A DNA stretch of 64,000 nt. Source: Prorocentrum cordatum (taxonomy: Eukaryota). The position numbers and the translations under genes are program-made. The stretch lies in assembly GCA_963575745.1 (NCBI GenBank), contig CAUYUJ010000159.1, positions 310,001-374,000 of the forward strand, in the 5' to 3' direction. The notes beneath the pieces were generated by a model. It did not search any database. It was not told the DNA's origin and saw only the letters and a list, made by a program, of their open reading frames with translations. Shown piece by piece: positions 22,986 to 35,415 of the stretch (position 1 is the first letter of the stretch; each line of letters starts with the position of its first letter).

Positions 22986-24269
22986 GACCCTGCTTGAACC
23001 AAACTTGCGCACTGTGCCCCCTACACTCTGATATGATACTGGTTGCAACACCGGTGCGGGCGGGCTCCTGTTCACGACGGGGATCCTGGCACGCTCATGG
23101 GACGCCCGTCCGTCGAGGTTGTGATCCCCCTCAGCGACGAGGAATAGCTCGAGGGACCTGCGAGGAGAGGAGCTGAGCCCATCATGAGATCTAGCGGACA
23201 TCCTGAAGATCACCTGGGCCTGAAGCTTCCCCCACGCACAGGTGCGACCCTGGGCAGGAGGGACCTTTGGTGCGCGGCTTCTGGGGGCCGCGGGGGTCTC
23301 AAATCCTAGCGCGCAGGCCAATGCTGGGGGGAACCCTTTGGGCCCGCCGCAAAGGTCACTCCGGCGAAGGGTCACTCTTGCGTGCAGCCGAGAGCTGCGG
23401 GGAGGCTCCCCAAACGAGGCCCTGGCCTCCCAAGACCCCGAGACAAAAGGATGTACACAAGGAGCTGAAAAAGTGCTGGAAGAGTGGCGGCCTCTGGGCC
23501 TGAGGACCTGGTCGCCCATCGATCTCCTGTCCAAGGGTACGACGCTTTCGTGGCCGCGGTGGCCTTACTCCTGGATCATCAGCGACAGTCGTACCCCGCT
23601 GCAGCGTGTGCCACATGTCCTCCCCCATCCGCCTCCCTTATGCCCCAGGGGTCCAGATCCTCTTCGACTAAGTTACCCTCTCGGGATCAATGTCTTACCC
23701 GACATCCGACCTTGCGAACAGACAGGGGCTCGACGAATGGACAGGAATGGGAGAAGGAGTAGGGTGTCAGATTTGGCGCGAGCGCACCTGGCTTGCTCTC
23801 CCATCTCTCTGCCTCCCTCCCTCTACCTCGCATGAGAGGCAAAGTTAGGGGGGGCCGTCTCGGGGGGGAAACATCGATCTGGAATCGGTGAAACGTCGCC
23901 ACTAGATCGGCGATGCGCCTCCGGTAGGAAAATCGCGCGCTCCTGGGCGGGTTGGGACTCTCGGGTCTTCGTCGGCGATGAATGGGTGACCACGGTCCGA
24001 TGCGCCCTTTCCTTGAGTCTATCCCTCCCTGACGTTGCCCCCTGGATTGCGAGCCTCTGCTCCCCAACGGCCGTTCGGGACGTTTGGGGCACCCCTGGAA
24101 CGCTGTCGGTGAGGCGCAGCCGCTGGATAGCATCCCGAGGCAAAAAGAACGCCGGGAACCGACCAAAACGACAGAAAACCACGAACCTCGACGCCTGTCC
24201 CCCAGAGCATCGCCCCTAAGGACCCCCCCCCTTGAGCCTATCCCCTTCTAGAGCTGCCCCTGATCTAGA

Positions 24270-24455
24270 GGCCTCCTAGATGGGGTTGGCGTAGATGGGG
24301 GGTCGGAGGATCGCGCCGCATCGCAGATACATCGGCGATGCATCGGCCACGTCGACGCGAAGCAAATCGGGCTGCACATCGAGCCGCATCGGCGATGCAT
24401 CGGCGATACGGCGCGATCCTCCGACCCCATCTACTCCGACCCCATCTAGGAGGCC
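24270..24455. mobile_element. MITE-like element family M1, copy 1 (186 bp, ~70-bp TIRs, TAGA TSD)
   Basis: GGCCTCCTAGATGGGGT..GTAGATGGGG..TCGGAGGATCGCGCCG is mirrored at the right end. TAGA at 24266-24269 and 24456-24459. Confidence 0.85.
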
Positions 24456-24653
24456 TAGATGATCGCAGTCCCATCCCCTCCCCCCTCCCCGGCTGGCGCG
24501 TGCCAGCCACGGCGCGCCTCGAGAGCGCCCGTCCGGGCCAGACATGAGGGAGAACTTGGAGACGACGCCTCGGAGACCCGGGCGCCGCCGCCGCCGCCGT
24601 CGAGAGGAAAGCTGATGAAGAGAGAGAGAGAGAGAGAGAGAGAAACAAAAAAA

Positions 24654-24684
<31 letters not shown>

Positions 24685-25269
24685 AGCTGTTTCGTCGGCG
24701 GCGAAGCAGAATGGCTGCACCAGCGATAAAGCTGAACGCGGGCAGCGAGAAGCGAATTGGCCAGCGCGCAGGAGCAGGGAAAAGACGGACAGGGCGGCCG
24801 CGGAGGAGAGAGAAAGAAACAAACCAACCGAGAAAAACGAGAAAGGGATCCACCACGGTGCCTGCGCGTAGTGGGCGTGTCAAAATGATCTTTCGATACC
24901 TGGTAATGGTTTCTCGAATTTTCGTGGGCCGCCCCCGCCCCCCCTCGACGCACGCCCCGCTTGACAGCCGCCCCCCTGGACTTGCTATCTGGCGGCCAGG
25001 ATGGCCTCCGAGACGGGTTCCAAGACAGCCAGGATGACACGAAGACCGCCCCCGATGGCCGAAGAAGGCTCATGTGGCCCCCAAGACGGCTGTAAGTCAA
25101 CAGCCTCCAAGACGGCCCAACAGGGTTCCGAGAGACCCTCCAGGAGAGCCCGCTGTGGCAAAAATTACAGTACCGAACTTCCACACATAATGACGTGAAA
25201 GGCTTCGTGGGACCAATGGGACTCATACTACAAAGACGGACGAAAGGCCCACGGGAGGGGAGACGCCGA

Positions 25270-25527
25270 CGACGGTGGTGACGATCATGACGATGGTGGT
25301 ACTGGTGATGATGGTGACGACGACGACGATAACGATGACTGTGATGACGATGATGATGATGATGATGATGATGGTGATAAGGGGAAATGATGGGGAAAAC
25401 GATGAGGGTGATGATGCTGATGATGATGCTGATGATGCTGATGATGGGGATGATGATGGTGATGATGATGGTGATGATGGCGACGCTGCCGATGATGAAG
25501 GTGATCATGGTGGTGATGGGGATGGGA

Positions 25528-25582
<55 letters not shown>

Positions 25583-26000
25583 CGGTGGTGATTGATGATG
25601 ACAGTGCTGCTGACAATGCTGATGGTGGTGATGAGGATGATGATGAAAACGGATAGGATGATGATGATGCTGATGATGATGATGATGATAGTGACTGCGG
25701 TGATGATGATGATGATGATGATGATGGTGCTGATGGTTGTGACAATGATGGTTATACCGATAATGGTGATGATGGTGATGATGATGGTGCGCATTGTGGT
25801 GGTGGTGATGATGAGTATGATGGTGGTGAGGATGATGATGACAATCAATATTGGGAAGATGATGACAAATATAAATGAGCATGATAATGATGATGCTGAT
25901 GATGTTGATGCTGATGATGACCCCCGCGGCTGAAAAAGGGACAGGCGCGCCTAGCTCGTACTATGATGATGCTGATGATGATGATGCTGATGTTGACGGC
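25270..26000. repeat. Degenerate (GAT)n microsatellite
   Basis: Seen directly. Confidence 0.95.
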
Positions 26001-26289
26001 GGGCGGCTGCGATGGTGTAGGCGATGCGTGCTTTCACGCGCGTGGGTCAGTAACGGAAAGCTGCGTGACCTGAACCAATTAGCGTCAATGACCCCATCCG
26101 AAATTCGATCGTGACATGGCGGTCCAGTGCCATCCTCGTTCTGGCGATGAGATGCGACCACCGTTGCGGACAGCGTCCGGGCCTAGAGCAGACCAGGTGG
26201 GTGAGGCCATGGCCTCTAGGATCTGAAGTGTTTAGATACATGCAATGCAAGAAATATGAAAAGTTAGGAGGAGAGGGGGAGGAGAAAGA

Positions 26290-29200
26290 AAATCAAGTCC
26301 TTGGCGTCGGTGTCGGCGCGGGTTGGGCGAGACGTCCCGACGTTCGCTGAGATTTCACGTCGTTGGTCTGAATCTCGGGTGCTGGTCGACGTTCGGTCGG
26401 TGAAGTGGTGCTCGAGCGCTGTCCATGCTTCGGTGTCTTGGGCTGTTTGCGTCCATGTGATGTCGTTCGGTTGTCCTTTCGACTGGGCTTGCGTGGGCGG
26501 TCGGTGGAGGTCTGGTCTGCGTTGAAGTAGGTAAGTGGTGACTTCGTCGTCGCAACGCTTGATTTGGCCACCGTGCTGCCTGTCCCCGCTGGCGCGGGTT
26601 GAGGACTGGGTGCCGGCGCAGCACTCGCCATGTCCACCTCGTCCGGTCGTGGTTTGCGACTCGCGAAGCCATGCGCCATACTTTCCGTTTCTGCAGCGTC
26701 TCCCAGTTGTCAATTTCGTCTGCGGGGGTGATGTATTCGCCGTCTTCGCTGTGCTTGGCAGGCGTGTCAGGCGCATCACAGTGTGATGGGTTGCTGTCTG
26801 CGTCGTCGGCAGTGCTGTTGGTGCGGTTTTCGTGGTGTTGTGCTTCGTTGTTCGCGCCGTCGAGATTAGGTCCCTGGCCGCTGTGAGGGCCGGCTTCTTT
26901 CGTTGTGCGTCTCCGTGGCGTTCTGATGATTCTGCGAAGCATGCGCCGTTGTGTCCGTCGTAGATTCTGCCGTAGAGGCTCCGTGAGGGTCCACGTCTCT
27001 GCTCCGTATAACGCTGTTGGTGCTAAAAGGCTATGAAAAAGTCGGAGTCGGCGAGCCAGTGGGTAGTGGTTGCTGGTCAGCTCCTGCTTGCGAGGCGTGA
27101 GTGATGCCCATGCAGCTCGCGTGCAGTAGTGAATTTCCGTTTCCATCGGTTCGTGCAAGTATTTGATACTGGCTTCGTATGGAACGATTTCTATATCCAT
27201 GTCTTGGAAACGTGCTGTGCGTGAGATCGCCGTTCTGGTCCTTCTGGTCCGGTTGCTCAGTATTTTGGTTTTGCTTGCGTGTAGTTCGAGCCCGCGTAGC
27301 CTTGTCGCGCGCGCAATGTCGTCAAGCATCGCTGTCAGGCGCGGGAGATTGGCTGGTCAGGAGCACGTCGTCGGCGAAGCGTAGGTTGGTCAGCGCGGCG
27401 GTGCTCGCGAATCCCAATTCAACTCCCTTCCTTTTTGCTGCCATTCGGAGACCAGCGGTCCAAGGATGTATTGTAGAAGAGCGTTGAAGAGTAGGGAGCT
27501 GTGTGGGCATCCGTGCTTCGTGCCCCGCAGGAGGCTACAGAGTCCGCTGCTGACGTCTGTCCTCACCGTGGCAGTCTGTCCCTCATAGAGCTCTTGGAGT
27601 CGTGCAACGCATCCAGGTTGGACCCCTTGTGCCTTCAGTGCTGCCCATATGCTCTTGTGTCCAACTGAATCGAAAGCTTGTTTGAAGTCAAGTGCTGCGA
27701 CCCATAGGTTTTGGCCCCATTCGTTTGCTCGCTCGCGCAATAAATGGAAGGTAAGGATGTGGTCACTGGTCGAGTGGCTTGGTCTGAAGCCCGCCTGGTC
27801 GGCACTCTGGTACGAGTCAAGCGCCGGCTGTAACCTGTTGCACAGTAGTCGGCCGAGGAGCTTGCACAACAATGGTATCGTGCAAATGGGGCGGTAGTTT
27901 TGTGGAAGCGCGAGATCTCCACTTTTTGGTATGATTAATGACTGTGCTCTTCCAGTTGGCCGGCGGCGGGGCTTCGCGCTGCGGGATCGCGTTGTAGAGG
28001 TGGAGAAGTGCACCTCTGAAATCCTCTGCGCCTTCTTTAAGCATCTCTGCGCGGGGGCCTTTCGTGTCTGGGGCTTTATCAAGCCGGAGACCTTTGATCG
28101 CCTGGTTGAGCCCTTTCGGTGTGAAGGGTGGGAATCGGTGGGTCTGCTGGTCGCTGGTCGGTCGTAGGTCTGCCGGTCTGTTGGCCAACGGTCGGGGGTC
28201 GGTCTGCTGGTCTGCTGGTCGGTCGGTCGGTCTGGCGTGCGGTTTGCTCTGCTGGTCGGTGGTCGGTGGGGTCGTCGTTTGGTCGTTGTGCGAGTCGGTG
28301 GGTCTGCTGGTCTGTCGGAGGTAGTCGGTTTGCTGGTCTGCTAGTCGGCGGTCGGTCTGCTGATCTACTGGTTCCTCGGCCGGCACGGCGTTCGGCCTGT
28401 TGGTTTGCTGGTCTGCTGGTCGGTCTGCTGGCCGATGTGCTGGCCAGTGGTCGGCGGGGTCGTCGTTCGGTCGTTTTGGGGGTCGGTGGGTCTGCTGGTC
28501 GGTCGGTGGTAATCGGTCTGCTGGTCTGCTAGTCGGCGATCGGTGGTCGGTCTGCTGGTCTGCTGGTTGGTCAGGCGGTGCGGCGTTCGGTCTGTTGGCT
28601 TGCCGGTCTGCTGGTCGGTCTGCTGGCCGATCAACTGGTCGGTGGACGGTGGGGTCGTCGTTTGGTCGTTGTGGGAGTCGGTGGGTCTGCTGGTCGGTCG
28701 GTGGTAGTCGGTTTGCTGGTCTGCTAGTCGGCGGTCGGTGGTCGGTCTGCTGGTTGCTCGGCCGGCGCGGCGTTCGGCCTGTTGGTTTGCCGGTCTGCTG
28801 GTCGGTCTGCTGGTCGGTCAGCCGGTCGGTGGTCGGTGGGGTCGTCGTGTGGTCGTTGTGGGAGTCGGCGGGTCTGCTTGTCGATCGGTGGCGGTCGGTC
28901 TGCTGGTCTGTTACTCGGCGGTCGGTTGTTCGGGCGCTGGGCTACTGGTTGGTCGGCTGGTGCGGCGTTCGGTCTGTTAGGATGCGGGTCTGCTGGTCGG
29001 TCTGCTGGTTGGTCTGCTGGTCGACGGTCGGTGCGGTCGTCGCTTGGTGGTTCCGACTGCGCCGCCTCTGCTGTCGAGGTGTACAATTGCTCCTAGAACT
29101 CCGCGAATACGCTCGTGATTTCTTGTCGCGTCGTGCATTTGTTGCCCTCTTTGTCCGTCATGTGGGTGATGAGAGTTAGTTGTCTTCGTGTTTTGATACG

Positions 29201-30490
29201 CTGGGTGTTCTTTAAATCTCTGAACTGCTCAAGTACGTTTGCAAAATGGGCCCGTCGTCTCGTCCTCTTCTGTGCACGGATCTCTTGCTGTGTACGTTTA
29301 CTCACCTGCTTGCGGGCGTGGTGGTCGTCGTTTGGCGTCTGCTGCCGCTCAGTGAGTAGGTTGCGTAGTCGTGCTGGTCCTCTGTCGGGTTGTTGGTTTA
29401 CTTGCGCACTGGCCGGGGTTGCACCGCGTCTGTCGCACCAAGATGAGTTTCCTGCGGCACTGCTGGCCGCAGCGGCGTCGACGATAATTCGCTGGATGTG
29501 TTCGCACAATCACCCGGGTCGGAAGGCAAATTGTGCGGGCGTAAATGGGGCTTTTGGTGGTCATGGTAAAACTTGCGTGTTGGTGATAGCGCCGGTCGTT
29601 CGTCGTCGTTGCTATCGCCATTGCTGTCGTCGTTCGTCGTCACATCGCGGTCGTCCGCTTACCCTTGCGGTCGGTATCCGCAAATCGACGATAACAGCCT
29701 TGTGGTCGGAGCCGAGGTCGGTCCTGTTGTTGGCCTCTGCTTTGGTGCAGTGCTGGAACATCGTGCTGTTCAGTAGTACGTAGTCGAGCTGCTTGTGATT
29801 GTTGCCACTGCTATAAGTGATTTGCTTTTGCACTGGCTTGAAAAAACACGTATCTGCAATAACAAGTCCTTCCTGGGCGGCCCAATGACGTAGCCAAATA
29901 CCCCTCGAGCTTGTTCCCCGAATCCATGGCGGCCAACATGTCTGGAAGTGGTGATGTCGAAAATGTCGGCGTCGTCGTCTGCGTCCTCGGAGGTCATGGA
30001 AACCCCACCTGTGCCTTAAAATGCCCTGCGAGTATCAAGTGATGTCGTGTCTTGGTGCTCTCTCTCTCTCTCTCTCTTCCTCTCTCTGTCAAGCTCGTGG
30101 ATCATGTCGTACATGCGCTGCGCGTGTGGGTCACTGTATCTCGAATGAGGAAAATACGCAGCCACGAGTTGTAGTTTTAGTCTCCCTTTCTTCAGCGATG
30201 CCGAGGCGAGTCTGGGCGAAAGCGCTTGGAACCTCTTGATGTGTGTTTTACCCAACGTCAGTGTATGATTCAAGCAACTCCATGGCATACTTGGTCATTG
30301 CCGGATCCGGCGAAGGCGTGCCCTTCCGAGGTTGTCCAGGACTCTTCGGCCGTTGTTCTCCACGTTTCGTTGATAACGGCGAAACCCCAGTGATCGGACT
30401 CGAGCTCACTGATTATCTCGCTGACGCGGCCGTCTGTTGAAAAAGACAGGGCGTTTTTGTGAATGATTGTCGTATGTATGTGGTTGGTCT
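26290..30490 (-). mobile_element. Decayed APE-RT non-LTR retrotransposon (RTE-like)
   Basis: APE motifs: VINETWR, GVA, AYFPH, QLDYVL, LGSDHKAV (~29650-30470). RT motifs: KAPDTKG..AEMLK, NYRPI, DQAGFR, LDFKQAFDSV, GTKHGCPHSSLLFN, NLRFADDVLL, LYGAETW (~26400-28130). Many frameshifts. Confidence 0.95.
28135..29035. repeat. GGTC/GGTCTGCT-based repeat with a ~190-bp higher-order unit inside the LINE ORF
   Basis: GGGGTCGTCGT recurs at ~28268, 28457, 28651 and 28837. Confidence 0.85.
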
Positions 30491-31680
30491 GCCCTGGTTG
30501 GAAGGGTGGGAAGGGCAAGAAAACGTGTAAATAGTGTGGCATTCCAATACCTTCCTCGCTCTGGATGGGTGGGAAGGGCACAAAACCGTGAACTACTATG
30601 CTTCTCTCCCATTTTCCACTAGACCTCTGTGATGATGCAGGAAAAGCCGATTCGCCTGCGATGAGAATGCCGAGGCCCGGCCCGCGTGCTTCGCGGCGGC
30701 CGGTAGCTGGATTCGTCCACTACTACGGTATCCCGATACCCTCCTCGCTCTGGCGGGGCCTCCCTGGCGGGGTGGGAGGGACACAAAACCGTGTAAATAG
30801 TATAGTATCCCGCTACCCTCCTCGCTCTGGCGGGGCCCGCCTGGATGAGTGGGAGAGGCGGGAAGCCGTGTAAAGAGAGTGGTACCCCGATGCCCTCCCC
30901 TCTCCAGCGGGGCCTCGTTGGAGGGGTGGGAAAGGCACGAAACCGTGAAAATAGTACGGTATCCCACTGCCCTCCTCGCTCTGGCGGGGCCTCCGTGGAG
31001 TGGGGGGAGGGGCAAGAAACCGTGTAAAAATATGATTTCCCGGTACTCTTCTCGCATTGGCGGGACCTCCCTGGAAGGGTGGGAGGGGCGCCAACCGTGT
31101 AAATAGTGGGGTATCCCAATGCCCTCCTCGCTCCGGCGGGGCCTCTGGACGGGTGGAATGGGCGCGAAACCGTATAAATAGGTGTGTATCCCGATACCCT
31201 CCTCGCACTGGCGGGGCCAAGCTGGAGGGGTGGGAGGGGCACGACGCCGTGTAAATAATGTGGTAACTATCCCACTGCCCTCCTCGCTTTTGCGGGGCGT
31301 CCCTTGAGAGGTAGGAGGGGCGCGAAACCGTGCAAATAGTGTGGTCTCCCGATACTCTTCTCGCATTGGCGGGACCTCCCTGGAAGGTGGGAGGGGCGCC
31401 AACCGTGTAAATAGTATGGTCTCCCAATGCCCTCCTCGCTCTGGCGGGGCCTCCCTGGATAGGTGGGAAGGGCGCGAAACCGTATAAATAGTATGGTATC
31501 TGGCGGGGGCTCCCTGGGTGGGTGGGAAGGGCACGAAACCGTGTAAACAATATGGTATCCCGATACCCTCCTCGCTCCGGCGGGGCCTCCCTGGAGGGGT
31601 GGAAGGCGCGCGAAACCCTGCAAATATAATGGTATCCCTGTACCCTCCTCGCTCTGGCGGGGCCTCCGTGTACACCCTCC
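30490..31680 (+). repeat. ~76-bp minisatellite, about 14 copies, with a ~120-bp unrelated interruption at 30600-30720
   Basis: AACCGTGTAAATAGTATGGTATCCCGATACCCTCCTCGCTCTGGCGGGGCCTCCCTGGA recurs about every 75-78 bp. Confidence 0.92.
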
Positions 31681-31870
31681 TGGTATGGTAAGTGAGGTAT
31701 GGTATGGTATGGTATGATATGGGAAGGGATGGTATGGTAGCTTTAGTATGGTGCGGTATGGCGTGGTATGGTAGAGACGATGTGGCAAGGTCGGTATGAC
31801 AGGTATGGTAAGGTAAGGTATGGCGTATGGCGGGTATGGTATGGTATGGTATGGTACGTATTGGTATGGT
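31681..31870. repeat. (GGTAT)n pentamer repeat
   Basis: Seen directly; continues the TATGGTAT motif of the adjacent minisatellite. Confidence 0.9.
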
Positions 31871-32712
31871 GGGTTTTGCAGAGCTGGGAAGAGGGAGAAT
31901 GAGAGGGTGTTCTAGAAAAAACGAGAAGCCCCCCACACAGGATACGGGGAGCAATACATGTTCCTTATACTTTTGACTGGGCTTGAAAGTATCGCATGTT
32001 TGGGTTTGCGGCCGCCGCAGATGGCGATGTTTCTCAGATTGCTCCAACCAGTCCCCCCAAAAAAACAAAGAGGGCCCAAGGGGCCCTTTATCGCTTTCCA
32101 GCTCGAGGGGTCCAGATCCGAGCGGAGCATTGACCGCAACTGTTCGGGCAGTCTGCCCCCTCACATCTAGGTGGGGATGGGTGCCGTCTCCTTCGGGGGT
32201 GTCGGAGCGCCCATCCCCACCTGGAGGGGAAACGGACGCGCTGCGAAATCTGAGAGCTCCGCCAACGGTAGATGCCAGAGGAGAGCCAACCCACGAAAAC
32301 GACGCAATCAGATGCGAGAGATGCGGCCCACGCGCAGCCCACAACTGCACTGGCCCTCGTGAGCGCACTCCCGAGACACGGAGCCCACCGAACAAGCGGC
32401 TGGCCCTCGGGCGCGGGGCGGGCGGGAACCGGAGCCCTTGCTCCTGCTCGCGCGGCCACATTTTCCCACAGCCTCTCCCTCCTCTCGGTCGCCTGGGGAT
32501 CTGGATGCTGAGCCGCATCCCCGACTCAAGAAAATCCGAGGTGGCGGGACCTCGAGGCGGTTCACGAGCCTGAGTGGGAGAAGCGAGGGAGGGAGGCCGA
32601 CGAGCGGGGGGAGGACTAGATGGGGGGCAAAATCTTGTGCCATCATGGCTCATGGACGGGCAGTTTGCTGAAGGCAAGGCGGGAAATGATGTGCGTTCTC
32701 TGGAATGTTCGT

Positions 32713-33210
32713 CTATAAACTGACTGATCGCCACCTCGGCTCGAGAGGGCTTCTGGGGGCGGGCCCGCGGAGGCGCGCGACTCCCCCCGCCACCGCGAAG
32801 GTCTTCGTGCGCGCCTCCTCGACACCTGCGTAGCGGTCGGCCTTGTGGAAGTGCAACGTGATCGTCCAAGGCTTCTGTGTCTTGACACGGAGGTGGCCGA
32901 CTAGCTCCGGGATCTCCTGCACCGAGGCATTCGTGGCGTAAGCGTTGAGGAACTCTGCCATCTCAGTGACCAGCTCCCTCACTGACTCCCTGCCCTCCGC
33001 CAGCGTCATCGAGGCCCCCCAGCCGAACGCTCCGTAGCTTTGTGTTCGCTGCCCTTGTCTTCAGTTGCTTGCTCTCGTCGTCACATTTTGCCTGCTGACA
33101 GCCCAGCCGCAGTGTTCCATGGTCCGGCCCCCATCTGGTGCTTGGTGTGCGCCATGCTCGCCTTGTCCAAGATTTCCTTGCTGCTCGCGAACACCAGCTT
33201 GAACTGGGAA
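32713..33210 (-). pseudogene. Decayed ORF resembling the C-terminal half of the 288-aa nested protein (ORF1-like)
   Basis: EIPELVGHLRVKTQKPWTITLHF...AGGVARLRGPAPRSPLE compares with DIETDVSLIRLEKCYKSTETKLVI...EGAGVVHTGIAPPGWLE. Confidence 0.45.
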
Positions 33211-33354
33211 CATCAAGTCCTTTGCGCGCCCCCCTTTCCGTTTTTGCCCAACCCTCCTGCGTTGGGCTTGGCTTTGAATAGAGCACTGTGGTCCCGACTC
33301 CTCTCCTGTCCTCCCCCTCCTCACGCTCTCGCCTCCTCTTCCTGTCCTCTTGTG

Positions 33355-33770
33355 CTGCTCCCTGGGTGACTGCGAACTGCGCAACTGTCGCCACTTTCGT
33401 GGACACCTGGGAAGCCAGAGTAACTCAGTCCAGACGGGACCTCGTAGCTCCCTGGGTGGTTGCGAACTGCGCAACCGTCGCCACTTTCGTGGGCTCCTGG
33501 GAGGCAATGCGGAGTAGCGGAGTACGTGGACCCAGACAGGACCTCACAGCTCCCTGGGTGGTTGCGAACTGCGCAACCGTCGCCACTTTTGTGGGCGGAC
33601 GCAGACGGGACCTCGAAGCTCCCCCGCGGACTGCGAACTGCGCAACTGTCGCCATTTTCGCGTGCTCCTGGGAGGTCCACGCGCACCCAGCCGAGACCTC
33701 GCGGCTCCCTGTGTGGTTGCGAACTGCGCAACCGTCGCCACTTCCGTAGGCTCCTGGGAGTTTCAGCAGG
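33355..33770 (+). repeat. Irregular tandem repeat, 5 copies of a ~45-bp core
   Basis: CTCCCTGGGTGGTTGCGAACTGCGCAACCGTCGCCACTTT repeats at ~70-100 bp intervals. Confidence 0.9.
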
Positions 33771-33904
33771 GTGGGAGCTCACGCAGATCCCGGCGAGATC
33801 TCACGACCCTCTCCGAGAGCAGCGCACCGAAGGAAACAATATACGCCGCGGCGAAATAGTTTGCCGTATGTCGGAATTTCGCCTACATGGCCGTCCACGT
33901 GCGC

Positions 33905-34280
33905 GGGATGATGATCGTGATAATGATGAGGACGAGGATGAGGACGAAGATGAGGATGATGATGATGCTGATGACGGTGATGATGAGGGATACGAATGAT
34001 GATGGTCGTGATGTTGTTGATGATGATGATGATTCTGGTACGGCTGATGCTGCTACTGCTGGTGATGATGCTGCTGATGATGATGTTGAGGATGATGATA
34101 AAGATGGGGATGAGGAGTATGATGTTGGTGGTGATGCTGGTGGTGATGATGATGGAACTGATGACAATGATAATGCTGATGATTTGGTTGATGATGGTTA
34201 TGGTGTCGGCCATGATCATGATGATGCTGATCATGTTGATCAGGATGACGTCGACGATGACGTCGGCAACGACGATGACA

Positions 34281-34351
<71 letters not shown>

Positions 34352-34430
34352 GAGAAGGACGAAGAGGAGGAGGGGAGGGGAGGAGGAGGAGGAGGAGGAG
34401 GAGGAGGCGGGGAGGGAGGAGGCGGAGGAA
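33905..34430. repeat. Degenerate (GAT)n then (GGA)n microsatellites
   Basis: Seen directly. Confidence 0.95.
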
Positions 34431-34664
34431 TTGCGCAGTTGCCACCACGTTCGTGGGCCCTTTTCCAAGGCTTTCTGACGACGGGAATGCGGTATACCCA
34501 TCTCCCGTCGAATAAGAGGATTACATGTGGGGCAAATAATCCGCCAGCCCCCTTGCTGCTTACTTTTCCTTGTTCATGGGTCGCGCGAGGGGGGGAGGCC
34601 CAAAACTGACATTTTTACCATGCCCAAATCATATTGTCTGAATTGCTGGGGTGGGTAAAAATTA

Positions 34665-35415
34665 ACACCCCTCACGCAGATCGGCGGGGTCAGGGTCCAA
34701 CAACACAGAGGATTTGCTACATTTCTGAAATTCGGTGGCGCCCCTGACGCAGATCGGCGGGGTCAGGGTCCAAAAACATATGGGATTTGCCACATTTCTG
34801 AAATTCGGTAACATCCCTCACGCAGATCGGCGGGGTCACTGTCCAAAAACATATGGAATGTGTCACTTGTCTGAAATTTGGTGGCACCCCTCGCGCAGAT
34901 CGGCGGGGTCAGGGTCCAAAACACATGAGATGTGCCACAATTCTAAATCCGCTGCACCCCTCACGCAGATCGGCGGGGTCAGGGTCCAAAAACACAACGG
35001 ATTTGCTACATTTCTGAAGCCCGCTGGCGCCCCTCACGCAGATCGGCGGGGTCAGGGTTCAAAAACACACGGGATTTGCCACATTTCTGAAATTCGGTGG
35101 CACCCCTCACGCAGATCGGCGGGGTCAGGGTCCAAAAATATACAGAATGTGTCACTTGTCTGAAGTTTGGTGGCACCCCTCAGGCAGATCGGCGGGGTCA
35201 GGGTTCAAAAAAAAAAGAAGGATGCGCCATATTTCTGAAATTCGGTGGCGCCCCTCACGCAGATCGGCGGGGTCAGGGTCCAAAAACAAGCGGGGCGTGC
35301 CTCATTTCTGCACCCCTCACGCAGATCGGCAGGGTCAGGGTCCAAAAACACAAGGGATTTGCCACATTTCTGAAATTCGGCGGCACCCCTCACGCAGATC
35401 CGTAGGGTCAGGGTC
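34665..35415 (+). repeat. ~72-bp minisatellite, about 11 copies
   Basis: CACCCCTCACGCAGATCGGCGGGGTCAGGGTCCAAAA...ACATTTCTGAAATTCGGTGG repeats in tandem. Confidence 0.93.

Noticed and set aside
25275..25933. Poly-Met/Asp/His/Ile ORFs here and at 33.9, 39.5 and 49.3 kb
   Set aside because: These are translations of (GAT)n microsatellites.
30596..32869. 757-aa minus-strand ORF
   Set aside because: It is a stop-free reading across minisatellite and GGTAT repeats with no domain signal; only its first part overlaps the ORF1-like remnant, in another frame.
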